From positions 372,001-436,000 of the forward strand of contig NC_092672.1 in the NCBI RefSeq assembly GCF_964355755.1: a stretch of DNA of 64,000 nt, given 5' to 3'. Every line of letters begins with the position of its first letter. Positions within the stretch are counted from its first letter, which is position 1. This document shows, piece after piece, positions 39,501-52,280 of this stretch. The position numbers and the translations under genes were made by a program. The stretch is from Antedon mediterranea (Eukaryota; Animalia; Echinodermata). A model generated the notes under the pieces. It ran no database searches and was not told where the DNA came from. It saw only the letters and a program-made list of their open reading frames with translations.

Positions 39501-42500
39501 TAGTAGCAAAATATATACTGTATATTTTGTTAATATACTGATTGCAATATTTGAATAAGAAGTATAAATTGTATTTAAACTAATTAAGTATGTTCTAGCA
39601 CAAACACTTTTTGCACAAACACTTTATTTTTCAGATTTTCTGTAAAGTTATAGGAAGGTCATTAGGACAGTGCAGACATCCCTCAAGGATAGAAACATAT
39701 TCATAATTCTATATATAGACACAATAATAAAGAAAGCAATAGAATTGCTTAATGAGTAATATGACGTCATGTATCAACTAAGGGGCACAATGATTCCTGT
39801 CAATGTCACACACAATGTCATGTCACACAATGTCAAACTTTGAAAACACTTGTTAATTTTCTGATATTAGTAAGTCATAAATCATTGACTAATATTTGTA
39901 TTACCATAGTTGATATAATATTCTTCAGGGTGTTGGAAAGTAAATTTGACAAATTACAGAAATTGTATGACATAAACTAAACTAAATGTTATTGCTTAAA
40001 TTTGTAGTTTCATTTGGTTTTGAATCACTGTTAGTGAGTATTTTAGAAAATATGGTAAAGTCAAAACTTCAGAAACGTGCGAGTATTTGAATGTATCAGC
40101 AACAATTAACTTTGGAAGATAACATGTTTAAAGTCGAGACTTTACAGAATGATTCAAGTGTTTGAAGGATTTAGAACTATTATTAATATTGTGAAGTGAA
40201 ATGTCTACAGTACATAGTATCAAAGCAGACTAGTGAAAACCCTGACTCATGATTCCGATTATCATTAAGAAAGCAAATTTGTATAAATACAATAAGTATT
40301 TGTTGTTCTGCTACTGTATGTGAATTTAAAAAATTACATTTATAAATATTTTAGCTTGTACAATACATTTTTAACTCTTGTAATAATCATAATGACACGA
40401 GTGTGTATGCATGCCATCCATTTTGTGATGGTCCAAATTTGGGGGTGGGGATACACGCTTAAGTACAGACTTACTGCATCAACATCTTGTAACCTTTGTT
40501 GTATTTCATTGTCTTTTGGGGGTGGGGTTACACGCTTAAGTACAGATTTACTGCATCAGCATCTTGTAACCTTTGTTGTATTTCATTGTCTTTTGGGGAT
40601 GGGGATACACGCTTAAGTACAGACTTACTGCATCAGCATCTTGTAACCTTTGTTGTATTTCATTGTCTTTTGCTCGAAGTTGGTCTCTCTGTCGATCTAC
40701 AGCTTCTTTTAATTTTGTTATCATCTGAATTTCTTGACGTTCAGCCACTTAAAAAATACAAACATTTATTTACATTGCAATCTAAAAAAAAAAACAATTT
40801 CTAAAACCAATGAAATTTAATGAATAATTTCTGGAATGAAAAATACTTTTAATCTTTATGAGATGCAATTACTTTTGATATTGTTCATTAATTTCATCAT
40901 TTCACATCACCTAGCAATCTCCAGAGTTTACTAACACCGCATCACACAAAATGCCGATGTTGAACTCCTGAGTTTGCTTGGCAATATGACTATTCATAAT
41001 CAAGAACTATTTGGCAGATATGATTATTTATCAATTTAGAATTACATTAAACACAAAAAAAGTATTTAAAAATTGATAATTAATTCTTTGATGTGAAAAA
41101 CGTGTAGAAATCTTTTTCAAATTATCTATTTTGTTGACACATGAGTTAACCCTTCAACTTGAATAATAACAAACACTTCCGGATGGAAAATGCCTTCAGG
41201 AAGCCATTAACCAGTGGGTTCACTTCCTTTAATTGTCATAAGAAATCTTGTCACTTACAAGACGATGAAATAGATCTGTCATTTCAGAGATCATGTTTAT
41301 TAATGAGTCTGAGAAAAGTGGACAGAATCCGACCCGACTCAAGATCCTATATCTTTCTTGGATCCTGCCTTCTTCCACTGTGAAAATTGGGACTGGACCG
41401 TTTTAGAGGTGTTTACCACCTGTTGGTCCAGATCCTTCACTAACTGAGTTAGTGAGAAGTCGAATAAATAAAAAAAAAAAAATTCCCTAAGATTTATTGT
41501 TATTTAAATGTTATTTTTTATTTATTCCGTTATTATTGATTCAATCTTAAAAGGAAGTAAATAAATGTTATTTTGAATTTAATTGAAAAAGGAGATAAAG
41601 GGGAAAGATTAGAAAATTATACTGGACAGTTTGGGATTTCAAACCAAGAAATAGGTTAAACTTTTTTTTAAATTACAAAATGAAAATGAAACTACCGACA
41701 ATTTATGAAAACAAATTTGTTTATAATGTTGCACAATGAACTGTTGTTCCTTAATGTACTATTGATATAGGCATTATTTTTTCATCATGTATTATTATAG
41801 TACATAAAGGAACCATTGTTTGATCAAATTGATATTAACAATGCATTAACATGACTGTGAAATCTAGAAATCGTTGATTTGAAAAGTTGATAAAGTAGAA
41901 AAAATAAAAATGTACTGTATGGCAGGTCAAAGTATAGATTGCATTCATCACATGACAACTCAAAATAGAAAGTTCAGATTGACGTATTTGATATTGATTA
42001 TCAAGTATGTTGACATTTAAAATGGGTAGTTGTATTCAACTGCACTGGGATAGCTATTCAAATTCTGGTATCCCACTACTATAGCTAGGATGGCAACTCT
42101 TTACAGAGTATTCAACATCACACATTTTGTGCACTTATGAAGACTTCTACTCTAATCACAGTATCCAACATTACACATCTTGTGCACTTATCAAGACTTC
42201 TACTCCAATCACAGTATTCAACATCACACATCTTGAGCACTTATCAAGAGTTCTACTCCAATCACAGTGATTATCTGTGCCATTTTCTTTAGTTTTTATT
42301 GAGATAGTACCAGGGTATTATTTGGTATTAAAGACAAGTTCCACTTTAAAAAAAATACATACAGGCTGGGGTTCTGTTGATAGAGATGTTCCAACCCCAC
42401 CCCTTCCCTCATTTATAATACATACAGGCTGGGGTTCTGTTGATAGAGATGTTCCAACCCCACCCCTTCTCTCATTTATAATACATACAGGCTGGGGTTC

Positions 42501-45500
42501 TGTTGATACCCCACCCCTTCTCTCATTTATAAAGCTCTGTTTACATTATCAAACTACTGTAGTTTGACAAACAAAAGGTGAGATATGCCCAAATATGGTA
42601 GTGATATGACATCATTGTGTCCAATGGGCACATCACATTTTTTTGTCACATAAAGTTTGATAGTGTGGACAGAGCTTTAGACCATTGCCCACAGGAACAT
42701 TGGACTCATTTATTCATTTTTAATAATTTAATAAAAAAAATGATCTACAATTTGTTAAGGTTTGTCATCACTTAATACTTAAATCTATTTTGTAAAACAC
42801 AATGCAGAAAGAGACAATGAACAAAGACATTGCTGCATGCATGAATGACATGAAGATCCACAACCTATGCTGACAAAAGAAATTGAAAAAGAATAGTTTT
42901 TAAAAGGATCCTGGCAACAAAAGATTATCAGACAGTATCAGAATTAGCTGTTTAGTGTTAAAAGGATTGCAAGCAATGTACATACATACAAACTCAAAAC
43001 ATTATCCTAATCAAAAATTTAAAATTGAAAAAAAAAATTAATTGATAATTATCTATTGATATTTTAATATTGTAAATTCAACAATGTTTACTTTGTTAAA
43101 ATAAATTTGAATTGATTTGAAATTAAAATTAGTTTTTATTGGCTGCCTCCCATGTTTAACAGGACAACAAACAAATTCAAGAATAATATGAAACCTCAAT
43201 TCAATATTGTTTAATTTTTGTTTACAGTACCAGTTTAGAGAGTCATTAATAGTTAAAATGATTTAATTATAATTTGAGTTTGTATCAGTTACAGATAGCA
43301 AAAGAAGATAGAAGATTTAAACATTCAAAAGACATGCATGGAATACCTGATGTTGGCCAAGCCATGATAACTGATGGGATAAAAAAAATATCAATTTATA
43401 TAAAAAATACTTAACATGCTATAATATGGTAGTACAGTTTACATACTGTAGTAATTAAGTATTTGAAGGAAAGTAAGCAAGCACTTATTTTAAAGTTTAA
43501 GTAATTACTTTATTTGATTCAGGGTAGTTTTTACTAAAGCTCTGTCTACACTATCATTATCAAACTTTATGTGATAACAAAATGTGATGTGCCCTTATAT
43601 AGACATGATGATGTCATATCACTACTGTATTTGGGAATATCAATACCACATTTGGGCACATCACATTTTTTTGTCAAACTAGTTTGAGTGTAGATAGAGC
43701 TTTAAGTTACTATAAAAATGATGCATTTGGTAACAGGATGATTCACTGTTCAAGTAAATAATACATTTTATTTCAATAAACTTAAAATGTAAGCAAGACA
43801 ATTTGGAATTGTCAATTTCCTCATCATCACATCGGGGACTACAGTAACTTTCTTTAGAAGTCAGTAAACCTCTAGAGTAGGTGTGCCTCAACTCTAAAGC
43901 CATGACATTTTATCTCTAATTAATTGTCATTAATGAGGTCATTCGTAAACACAAAAACCCTTTTCTCACTTCCTCATGACAATAAAAGGAAATGTTTTTT
44001 CTATAATGTAATTTTATATTAAAGTGATTTAAAATGATGATATAAAAACAAAACAATAATTTTGGGTAATACTAATAACAACAAAATGATTACGGTAAGT
44101 ACTTAAAAAGGTGTAAATATAATCCTAAAAACTAAATACACTGACTGTATTTATCAATGAAATGTCAACATGAAAAAGTGCTGACTAAAAAAGACAAGTT
44201 TAACTATATAATTTAATAACCAATTTCAAACTTATAATGTACTGTAAAAGTAACCATACTATCAATTGAGTTTTTCAATTTGTGCTTACATAAACTGACA
44301 CTGACAGAAAGTAAATATATTAGGCATGACTTAATGCTTATAAAAACTATGGAATGTTACAGTTGGTTTCCCCCTTTGAATTCTTAAGTAAAGCTTGCAA
44401 GATTCCTGCCTTTCACACGATTTAAGTTTAAGCCAAAGCATTTGCATAACACAACATAACTCCTTCATAGATTAAAAGGAATAGATCCATTTGCATACGA
44501 TTACTCAGTCTTTCCAAGATTAAAAAGAACACCAATTTTTAGATTTGCTTATTCTTGGTCTGGTATAAATAACTTTTTATATTTCAAAATCTCTCAAATT
44601 AAAACAATAAAATATTTTCTTCATAAGGAAAACTGGTAGGATTATTCATAACTTTGTTAAAAACCTTTTTATATTTCAAAATCTCTCAAATTACAGTAGG
44701 TACAGTAGGCTAATTTAACATGAGCATGAATTTAGTAAACATTTAAAATTACTTCCAGCCACTCTTTTCCCCATAAGGGAAACGGTGGTGATTATTTATA
44801 TCTTTGTTATACCCAGGGGTAATAGGACACTAGGCTTTTTTTATTCATTAGACCCAAAATAAAAACATCATCCTACCACCACCACCACCCACATAATATA
44901 AAATAAGGGTCACATGTAGGGTCACAGGTAGATCAGACCCAGTGACTTCCTTTCCCTCCCACTTCTTTCCTTACAACGTGACATGTCTGGGTACTGATTC
45001 TTGCGATAACATAATTCCTTAATACGCAATTTTATTAATATTACAGAATAACAACTTCAAAATAATTGAGGATTGCAGTCATTAATTTTCGCTTTTATTT
45101 TTATTTGTGATGTCATCTTAGTGATACAATACAGTGGACCCATTTGTTTCATATTTTAAAAAATGGTTGAAATATAGAAAATCTTAATGGCTTGATATAA
45201 AAATGATTAATATTAATATAGACTCTTAGTATTATGCTTAATTTTAATTCAATTTACTTACATTTTTCTCGGTTTGCAATGCCATCCCTAGTTTGCAGTA
45301 TACCTTTAATTGTTTCATTTTCTGACTGTATTTCTGTTATCTCTTCTAGCAGTTCTTTACTTTCTTCTCTCCATGCTTGCTCAACTTTATTTACTTCCTG
45401 TTTAAAAGAATAAGATAAGACTGATGCTTAGCTAAGATAAGAACGATATTTTGCTCCTATCACTTGTACCATTGTGATGCTTACAGTACTTGCTGATTTT

Positions 45501-47558
45501 AAACTTAGAAAGAAAAATTGTTTTAATAAAATAAATACTAGTGTTATTCACTATGTTCATCAACTGTGTTCATCAACTGAAGCATTTCTTTAGGTATTAA
45601 TAGTTGCAATGTTTTCAAATACCAGGCAATACTTTTTAAAAGGAAATCCCTTGTACAGTAATTAAACAATGTGTGTGATAAATTTAAAGGGCTAGTTTGT
45701 GATAATTTAAAGGGCTAGTTTGTGATAATTTAAAGGGCTAGTTTGTGATAATTTAAAGGGCTAGTTTGTGATAATTTAAAGGGCTAGTTTGTGATAATTT
45801 AAAGGGCTAGTTTGTGATAATTTAAAGGGCTAGTTTGTGATAATTTAAAGGGCTAGTTTGTGATAATTTAAAGGGCTAGTTTGTGATAATTTAAAGGGCT
45901 AGTTTGTGATAATTTAAAGGGCTAGTTTGTGATAATTTAAAGGGCTAGTTTGTGATAATTTAAAGGGCTAGTTTGTGATAATTTAAAGGGCTAGTTTGTG
46001 ATAATTTAAAGGGCTAGTTTGTGATAATTTAAAGGGCTAGTTTGTGATAATTTAAAGGGCTAGTTTGTGATAATTTTGTAAAATGTTAAACCGACACATT
46101 GTTGATAGCTAAGTACAAAGTGGCTGTGTGTAGTTTACTTATCAGCGCTCAAATAATTAATCATAATTAAAATTTTAACAAATAGTTTCTCTAAATAATC
46201 TGTCCAATTAGTGAATTTAAAAAAAAACAAACAGTGGAATTAAAGCAGACTAAGAGTACTATTAGATAAGACTGAGCGATTCAATCTTATAATTTCACAA
46301 AATAATTTCACTTTGTTTTGTTGACCTTATTTTAAGCAGATTGAAATGATATAGACATACAATTCAACTGAGATTTATTAATTGAAAATGGCCAAGAATA
46401 TCACATTTTTTATTTTTAAATTAAAGAACGTCAGGGTTTGTTCTCCCAATGGCTCACAACAAAGTTTGATGAAATTATCACACTTTATTTGACACTGTTT
46501 AAAAGTTGGATGACGTCATTTAGAAACTGATTTCTGCTGAGTTGTTATGGTGGATTTTTAACACTTTCAAATTAGTTAAAAATGAAACATTTTGATTGCA
46601 AACATTAAAACATTCATGTTTCTTTCATTAATAATAATTTTGTTGAATTCAATTATTGATTTTATCAAAACAAAAATATGTACATTAATTTCATAAGGTA
46701 TTCTTTAAGCTTGAGCGTGGTAGATGTTATAATCTCCTTTGTATTCTGTACTTTAATTGGAAAATGAAAGTGTGACTACAGATATTCTAATCAAGACAGT
46801 ACCAGGCACTCTGCATTTTGTGTTCAGGTACAATATCCACTTTAATACCTAAATCGTTTAAATGTATTATTTATTTTAAATCATAGTCTAAATCATTCTG
46901 TCATAGAGTATAGTAATGTATTTCTCTATATAGTGCATACAGTATGTGACCTAGTTTAAAGTTGTAATAATTGTACATGGGCATATTGAAGTTTGCAATC
47001 TTTCTGATATTACTGTATGTTCTATTGTGGAGACATTCTCCTGACAAATGGATGAAAATAAAATTAAACAAAATAAAAACATTGCATATGACTAGCCTAA
47101 TATAAAGATCCTAATATAAAGATCTTAATATATAGTATATTATATACTACAGTAGTAGTACTCTAGACAACTAGGTACCTATGACGTATGATGTAAATAA
47201 CTAAAAAAAGTATATGTATTAATTATTAAACACTATGAAATTTATGGAATATTATGAACACCAACATTCAAGAACGACAAAATGAAACAAAAATGCTGAC
47301 CGCTTTCAACCTTGCTATTTCCGCAGTTTTCTTTGCATTTTCGTTCATTAAAACACTTATTCTTTCCTTGCCTTCCTCGGACTCCCCACTACGTGTTTCC
47401 AAAGTTCGTACACACGACTCCAGCTGCTCCAAAACACGGATGATCAGCGGCATCAAATCGGTAACAGCCTCGCTACCATAGTCTTCGATTTGTTTCTTTA
47501 GTTCTTCGCCGATATCAGCTGCAATTCCATGTACATCTACTACTGTAAGTTCCGACAT
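30550..47558 (-). CDS. RILPL1: RILP-like protein (RILPL1/2 family; RH1 and RH2 domains), model ending in terminal exon A
   Basis: Core exons 47558-47301, 45397-45262, 40747-40629, 37974-37783, 37443-37277, 35119-35039, then terminal exon 30961-30550. RH1: LTVVDVHGIAADIGEELKKQIEDYGSEAVTDLMPLIIRVLEQLE. RH2: DLRDPNRPRFTLKELQTVLQERDELK, followed by DSGIRKL. The family is clear; exact vertebrate orthology (RILPL1, RILPL2 or RILP) is unresolved. Confidence 0.88.
31600..34206 (-). CDS. Cluster of candidate cassette exons/microexons of RILPL (51, 67, 10, 8 and 14 nt)
   Basis: 34206-34156 (cag|..|gtaaga, phase 2>2); 33852-33786 (cag|..|gtaaga, 2>0); 33549-33540 (cag|GTTTATTGAG|gtatgg, 2>0); 32910-32903 (tag|TTATACAG|gtgaga, 0>2); 31613-31600 (tag|TTATACTTACACTG|gtaagt, 0>2). 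Confidence 0.5.
31643..31744. repeat. ~33-bp tandem repeat, 3 copies
   Basis: ATATTAATTAATTCAGATGTATGCACTGTAAAT x3. Confidence 0.92.
31968..32160 (+). mobile_element. tRNA-Gly-derived SINE-like element
   Basis: Head TGTAGTGGTTAACATGCTTGCCTTCCAA nearly matches the tRNA-Gly at 58 kb. B box GGTTCAATCC, no acceptor stem, unrelated body and A-rich tail. Confidence 0.7.
32236..32418. mobile_element. MITE with long imperfect TIRs
   Basis: AAAGCTTGGTTCCCACTAG..ACGCAAGGACGTAA..CGCAACGCAA pairs with TTGCGTTGCGTTACGTCCTTGCGT..CTAGTGGGAACCACGCTTT. Confidence 0.8.
34276..34404. mobile_element. AAGCTCTGTCTACAC MITE family, copy 1
   Basis: TIR AAGCTCTGTCTACA..TGTAGACAGAGCTT; core GTGATGTGCCC/CACTACCATATTTGGG. 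Confidence 0.8.
35160..35388. repeat. 32-bp minisatellite TTGTTGCTTTACTCAAGTTAAGTTGTACTTAA, 7 copies
   Basis: Read directly. Confidence 0.95.
36355..37110. repeat. 47-bp minisatellite AGAAGGTAACAAACATCCTAGGGAGTAGTAGTAAGCACAGCTGAGTT, 16 near-identical copies
   Basis: Read directly; there are no spacers between units. Confidence 0.97.
37521..37738. mobile_element. TA-flanked pogo/Tigger-like MITE
   Basis: TA|CTGTATATCCTCTGGTATA ... TATACCCGAGGATATACAG|TA. Confidence 0.75.
38198..39110. repeat. Diverged tandem duplication (~415 and ~498 bp copies)
   Basis: Both copies start AAATTGATCTTCTAAT and end CATTCAAAAGTTACTGGTGGTACT. The second copy has an expanded GGAGT-type microsatellite. Confidence 0.85.
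40438..40671. repeat. 77-bp triplication spanning the RILPL exon 3 splice donor
   Basis: Minus strand GACAATGAAATACAACAAAGGTTACAAGATGCTGATGCA|gtaagt.. occurs three times at a 77-bp period. Confidence 0.95.
42105..42530. repeat. Two adjacent short arrays (~54 bp x3 and ~63 bp x3)
   Basis: AGTATTCAACATCACACAT..GCACTTAT.. x3 and ATACATACAGGCTGGGGTTCTGTTGATA.. x3. Confidence 0.85.
42532..42677. mobile_element. AAGCTCTGTCTACAC MITE family, copy 2
   Basis: Same TIRs and core, flanked by TA on both sides. Confidence 0.8.
43347..43370 (-). CDS. Candidate 24-nt frame-preserving microexon in RILPL intron 2
   Basis: tttatcccatcag|TTATCATGGCTTGGCCAACATCAG|gtattc, phase 1>1 matching the flanking exons. 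TGCATG begins 9 nt into the downstream intron. Confidence 0.45.
43537..43702. mobile_element. AAGCTCTGTCTACAC MITE family, copy 3
   Basis: Same TIRs and core, TA-flanked. Confidence 0.8.
45674..46075. repeat. 23-bp minisatellite TGTGATAATTTAAAGGGCTAGTT, ~17 copies
   Basis: Read directly. Confidence 0.97.
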
Positions 47559-48094
47559 GATTATCGTAATTACTTTGCAATATTATTGTTTGTTTGATTC
47601 AACATTCTAGAGTTGATTGACGATTACTCACTTTACCGTGTCGTCTGATGTGTGTGTGTGGGACATTCCTCTCACACTTTTGAAAGAAAGGTCAACCAGC
47701 AAGCTCGGGTTTGTTTTGATTGCCATTTACGAATATCACATGACAGGATCAGGTGGCATCAGCTGCCAAAAATTGGCTATATTAAACACGTGAAAATATA
47801 TCAAAATAAAGTATAAACTTTTAAACATTGTTTCTAAACATTTTAAAGTAAAATTGTAGAGCAAGTTAATAATAATAAATAATACGGAATTAATTTATGA
47901 CGGTAAAAAAAGTGGCCAATCACATTTGGCGATTGTAATTGATTGTGCATTGACCAATCAAATTTGATCTAAGGTTTAAAGGGCATTGCGCTTTTTTTTC
48001 GAACTTTGTGTTGTTATACGTAAACATTTTTCAAACCAGTACGTAGGCCTAGTTGTACTTGTATTTACGTTGGATTTACTGTCTTTTTACAAAT
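47559..48094. promoter_or_regulatory. Probable bidirectional promoter shared by RILPL and KMT5A
   Basis: The divergent ATGs are separated by 536 bp. Motifs: CCAAT boxes near 47916 and 47954, E-boxes TCACATGAC (47736) and CACGTG (~47787), and CHR-like TTTAAA/TTCGAA. Confidence 0.6.
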
Positions 48095-50863
48095 ATGGGA
48101 AAACGTAACCGCAACAGTAAGTTATATGATAATTGTAATACTTGTGAAACAGTGAAAAGATGTAGCTTAGTTAGGTTTAGTAGGCTAGCCCCGGCTCTGT
48201 CTGATATGCCTAAAAAACACAAAGCATCCAGCAGTGTAGTCGGGGCTCATTGCGACGTTGGTCGTAAAGACTTAGTAAAGGGCCTAGCTCAGTAGTAGGG
48301 GCCTTCACAGAATCCGCCTTAGCTAACAGTAACACCATTCATCGAGACTATACTTTTTTATAACTTGTTTTATTATAATTATTAATAAAACTTGTAATAA
48401 TATCAATAAAAACAAGTTTATTCTGTGTTTAATTTAATAAATTATTTTAAATTTTACAGGTAAAGCTGCCAAGAAGCAAGCAAATGATGCGACGGCTTCT
48501 CCTTCTGGGCCACTCAAGAAATTTTCTCCAAATAGAGAAAGACCAGAAAAAAATGTAAAATTATGTTCACCTTCTGTGTGCAAGAAAAAACAAATTGTCT
48601 CTTATTTAATGAATAATGTACTAACCAATGTTGGATAAATATACAAATGGCTTAAATCATAAAACAAAGAGTTGATAATTTAGTTTTATAGAAAACACTA
48701 CATTTTATAATTTTAATAAATTATAACTTTATATATTTCATAGATTGATGTCCAAATAAAGTCTCCAGCTTCAAGAAAGATAACAGAGTTTTTAAGTCCT
48801 TCAAAGGCAGCAGAACACCCTCCAAAAGAAGGGACTCAGACTTCAACCACAGAATATTGCCACCCCATTGAAGCAATTCCAGCTGGTACGATGAGATGCT
48901 TTTCCTACATACGAGTGCTGATGTTGCCTCAATTTGTTGAAATTATAAACTTGAGTTGGATATCTTGTTGATGACTTTATTTAATATTATTTGAATACTA
49001 TTAATGTGAAATAATGCATTAAAAACATATTCAGCTATTGTGGCTTTCTGTAAGTGAATTGATGACATAAATTAATCACATTTTAATTTCAGGTCTTCTA
49101 ACCCCTGAGAAAACCCCAACAAAGGACAACTTGACAAAAGCCCAAGCACAACCAGAAAAGAAGAAAAACAAGAAGAAACCCTTAGTGAAGGAGCTGTTCG
49201 TTCCATCAACCAATGCCGCTCAAGGTACCGATACAACGCTGAAAAGTGTAGAGGATTGTGCACCGAGTAATTGCCAATTTATGGGGGCTACAAAATCTCC
49301 AGAAAAAAAAAAGCCTTCAAAACCAAGGTATTATTTGCAATCCTCGAACATGTTTTAGAGTTTAGCCTCATAAGGTTTCATTACAAACTTATTTCTGAAA
49401 ATATAAATATTATGGATTCTTTGTTTATGCATTTCAGTAAAAAGAAAGAAGAGAAGCCGCAAACAACAACACTTACCAACTACTTTCCAATTAGGAGAAG
49501 CAACAGAAAGAGCAAACGACAGCTTGCGGTAGGTGTTCTTTATCAAATATTTAATTACATCAAGCTCTGTCTACACTATCAAACTAGTTTGATAAAAAAG
49601 TGTGCTTTCCCCAAATATGGTAGTAATATGATATGTCTATATATGGGCACATCACATTTTTTGTCACATAAAATTTGATAGTGTAGACTGACCTTTACAT
49701 TACCTGTGTATTTTATGAATCAAATTCCTTACTTTTAAACATTTATTCTACAAAATTTTTACCTTTGCGTCTTACTTCATATAGATTGAGAAAAAGCAAA
49801 GAATTGAGGAAGCTATTCTGGAGAAGAAAGAAGAAGGCATTGAGGTAAGGTTTACAAGATAAACATAGGTATAACAATATGTAACATTACACAGACTACA
49901 TGGATCTGGAACCAACTTCCTCGATTCACCCGTTACACTCCATTCTCTTTCCAATTCCATTTTCCCTGAACACTCACCTATTTCGATAGTTATTCTTGTC
50001 ATGTGGCGCTGTGAGACTCCGGTAAAGAATGCATTATAAATGTTTGATTTTTTCTATCCCCCAAAGGTTAAAGACATTGTAGGCAAAGGTAGAGGAGTAG
50101 TAGCCACAAGACACTTCAGTAAAGGTGACTTCATTGTAGAGTATGCTGGCAATTTAATTGATAGAAAAGAAGCAAAACTGAAGGAAGCTGAATACTTACA
50201 AGACACTAGCATAGGATGTTATATGTACTACTTCATCTACAAGAACAAACAATACTGGTAAATAATATCAATACTAATTCATTGTACATAAATATAGCAA
50301 CAAATGTATAAAGCCCTGTTTACACTATCAAACTTTGTGACAAAAAGATGGTAGTGATTTGACATAATGTCCATATCACATTTAGTTTGATTAGTGTAGA
50401 CAGAACTTAAGAAACAAAACACGAAACAATGGATGTTGTACACATTACAATGCACAGTGCATTATGTTTAAATATTGGTGTGTGAACCCCTCCCTATCTT
50501 TACACCACATAGAATACTCCCAAGAAAATAACCTGCTATCTATTTACAGTACTTTACATCTAAGTATTATGTTAATATAAGAATAATGTACTAAGCCACT
50601 CTTAAGTGTGCACTTAATACACCAACTAATTAAACCTGTTTATTTTTTTTAGTGTGGATGCAACAGCAGAAAGTGGCCGTCTTGGCAGACTAATCAATCA
50701 TAGTAAACACGGCAACTGTTGTACAAAACTAACATCAATTGACGACACACCCTACCTCATCTTGTGTGCCTCAAAAGACATAGAAATTGACCAAGAGCTG
50801 CTCTATGATTATGGTGATAGGGATAAGGAATCACTAGAAGCCCACCCATGGTTAGCACTATAG
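48095..50863 (+). CDS. KMT5A: Histone H4K20 monomethyltransferase KMT5A/SETD8/PR-Set7
   Basis: Exons 48095-48116, 48460-48554, 48744-48885, 49093-49327, 49438-49528, 49785-49844, 50067-50257, 50653-50863. PIP-degron-like LTNYFPIRRS. SET domain GKGRGVVA..GDFIVEYAG..GCYMYYF..YCVDATAESGRLGRLINHS..ELLYDYGDR..AHPWL. Confidence 0.95.
49562..49695. mobile_element. AAGCTCTGTCTACAC MITE family, copy 4
   Basis: Same TIRs and core, in a KMT5A intron. Confidence 0.75.
50311..50408. mobile_element. AAGCTCTGTCTACAC MITE family, copy 5 (internally deleted)
   Basis: AAGCCCTGTTTACACTATCAAAC ... TAGTGTAGACAGAACTT. Confidence 0.7.
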
Positions 50864-52280
50864 CTGTTTGTGTGTCATTATTTAATAAGTTTAATTCATA
50901 GTTTTTATAATAAATGATAGAATTGCCAAAAACGTTTTATGACTGACGTAGCACAGTAATTACAGTCAAGTCTTTAAATGTGTGTCTAGTATTTTATATT
51001 ATTTAAAATCATGCTTTTTTGTTATAGGTGTTTTTATTTGGTTTAAAAGTTTAATTTTCTTGTTAATCAGAAGATTAGAATCATTTATGATTTAACTGTC
51101 GTTTAAGTTTCAACTAGCATTTAAGTTTCTACTATCAGTTAATATAATTCACTTGGTGCTTTGTATGGTATTATTCTAAATTGCTTTTAAAGTTACTTTA
51201 ATGTTTACCTTTTCTTCAGGTTTACAAAATTACCCTCTATTTTTTATTTAAAGATTTTAGATATTTAAAATAAATAATGGGTATGCCACTGCCAGAGAGT
51301 AATGAACAGTAATCATGCAGGCTGTGTACGCTAATAGTGTAAAGGAGTTATTAGTATGCTATAACCCCTTGATGTAAATAAGCAACAATGCATATAATAA
51401 ATTTGTAAATAATTGTAAAAAGCCATCTCAACCTTAGTGTTGTGTACACACTGTTTTTAATGAATAAAATTTGCATTTTCTAATTACAGTATTTGTCTAT
51501 TTCTGTATTTAAACCTAACCTTGAAATATCAAATAAATGATAGATAGTAAATGCAATCTCAAAAAACATCACAGAGCAATGAGAGAACACAAGATCTACA
51601 CGGCATAACATTTATCTAAAGTACGTTTTCCTCAACACATAAACATTTCTGAGTTGCGATTGGTTTTTCAGCAGCAGTAGACAACACTAACAAAATGTGC
51701 GAATAAATTTGCCTAGTGGAAAAATCTGCTCAATAGGTGACACAAAGACAATTAAATCTGGTACTAACCTCTACTGTCAAATAACAGACCTATGGCATGC
51801 CTTCTAAAAGATTGCATTTCTAATTGTGCACAGACATTCTGATTGACACTAGCCGTTGAGGACACTAACTTCTAGTGGTCAACAGGAGATGACCTATGGC
51901 ATGCTTCATAAAAGGTGTGCTCTTAGTTGTACATTGTATGTGCATTGTAACAATAATCCTACTGGATAAAAAAAGATGGTTAGTAATACACTTTATATAA
52001 TATAACAAAATAATTTGGAATGTGTTTCCAAGATTAGAGAGTACTGTTTCCAATTCTTTGACTTTCTTATGATGATGTTTATATAATAATAAATAAACAA
52101 TTGTTATTAAACTACAACAATACTGTACAAAGAACCAATAATTTTAAAATCTGTTTTATTCATCATCAGAAACACATTAATATTGCACAGGTCATTGTCA
52201 CACAATTAATATTTCATAGTTAATAATATATGCACCTGTTATCATACATAACATAGTAGTTGCAGATTCAGCATAGCAAC

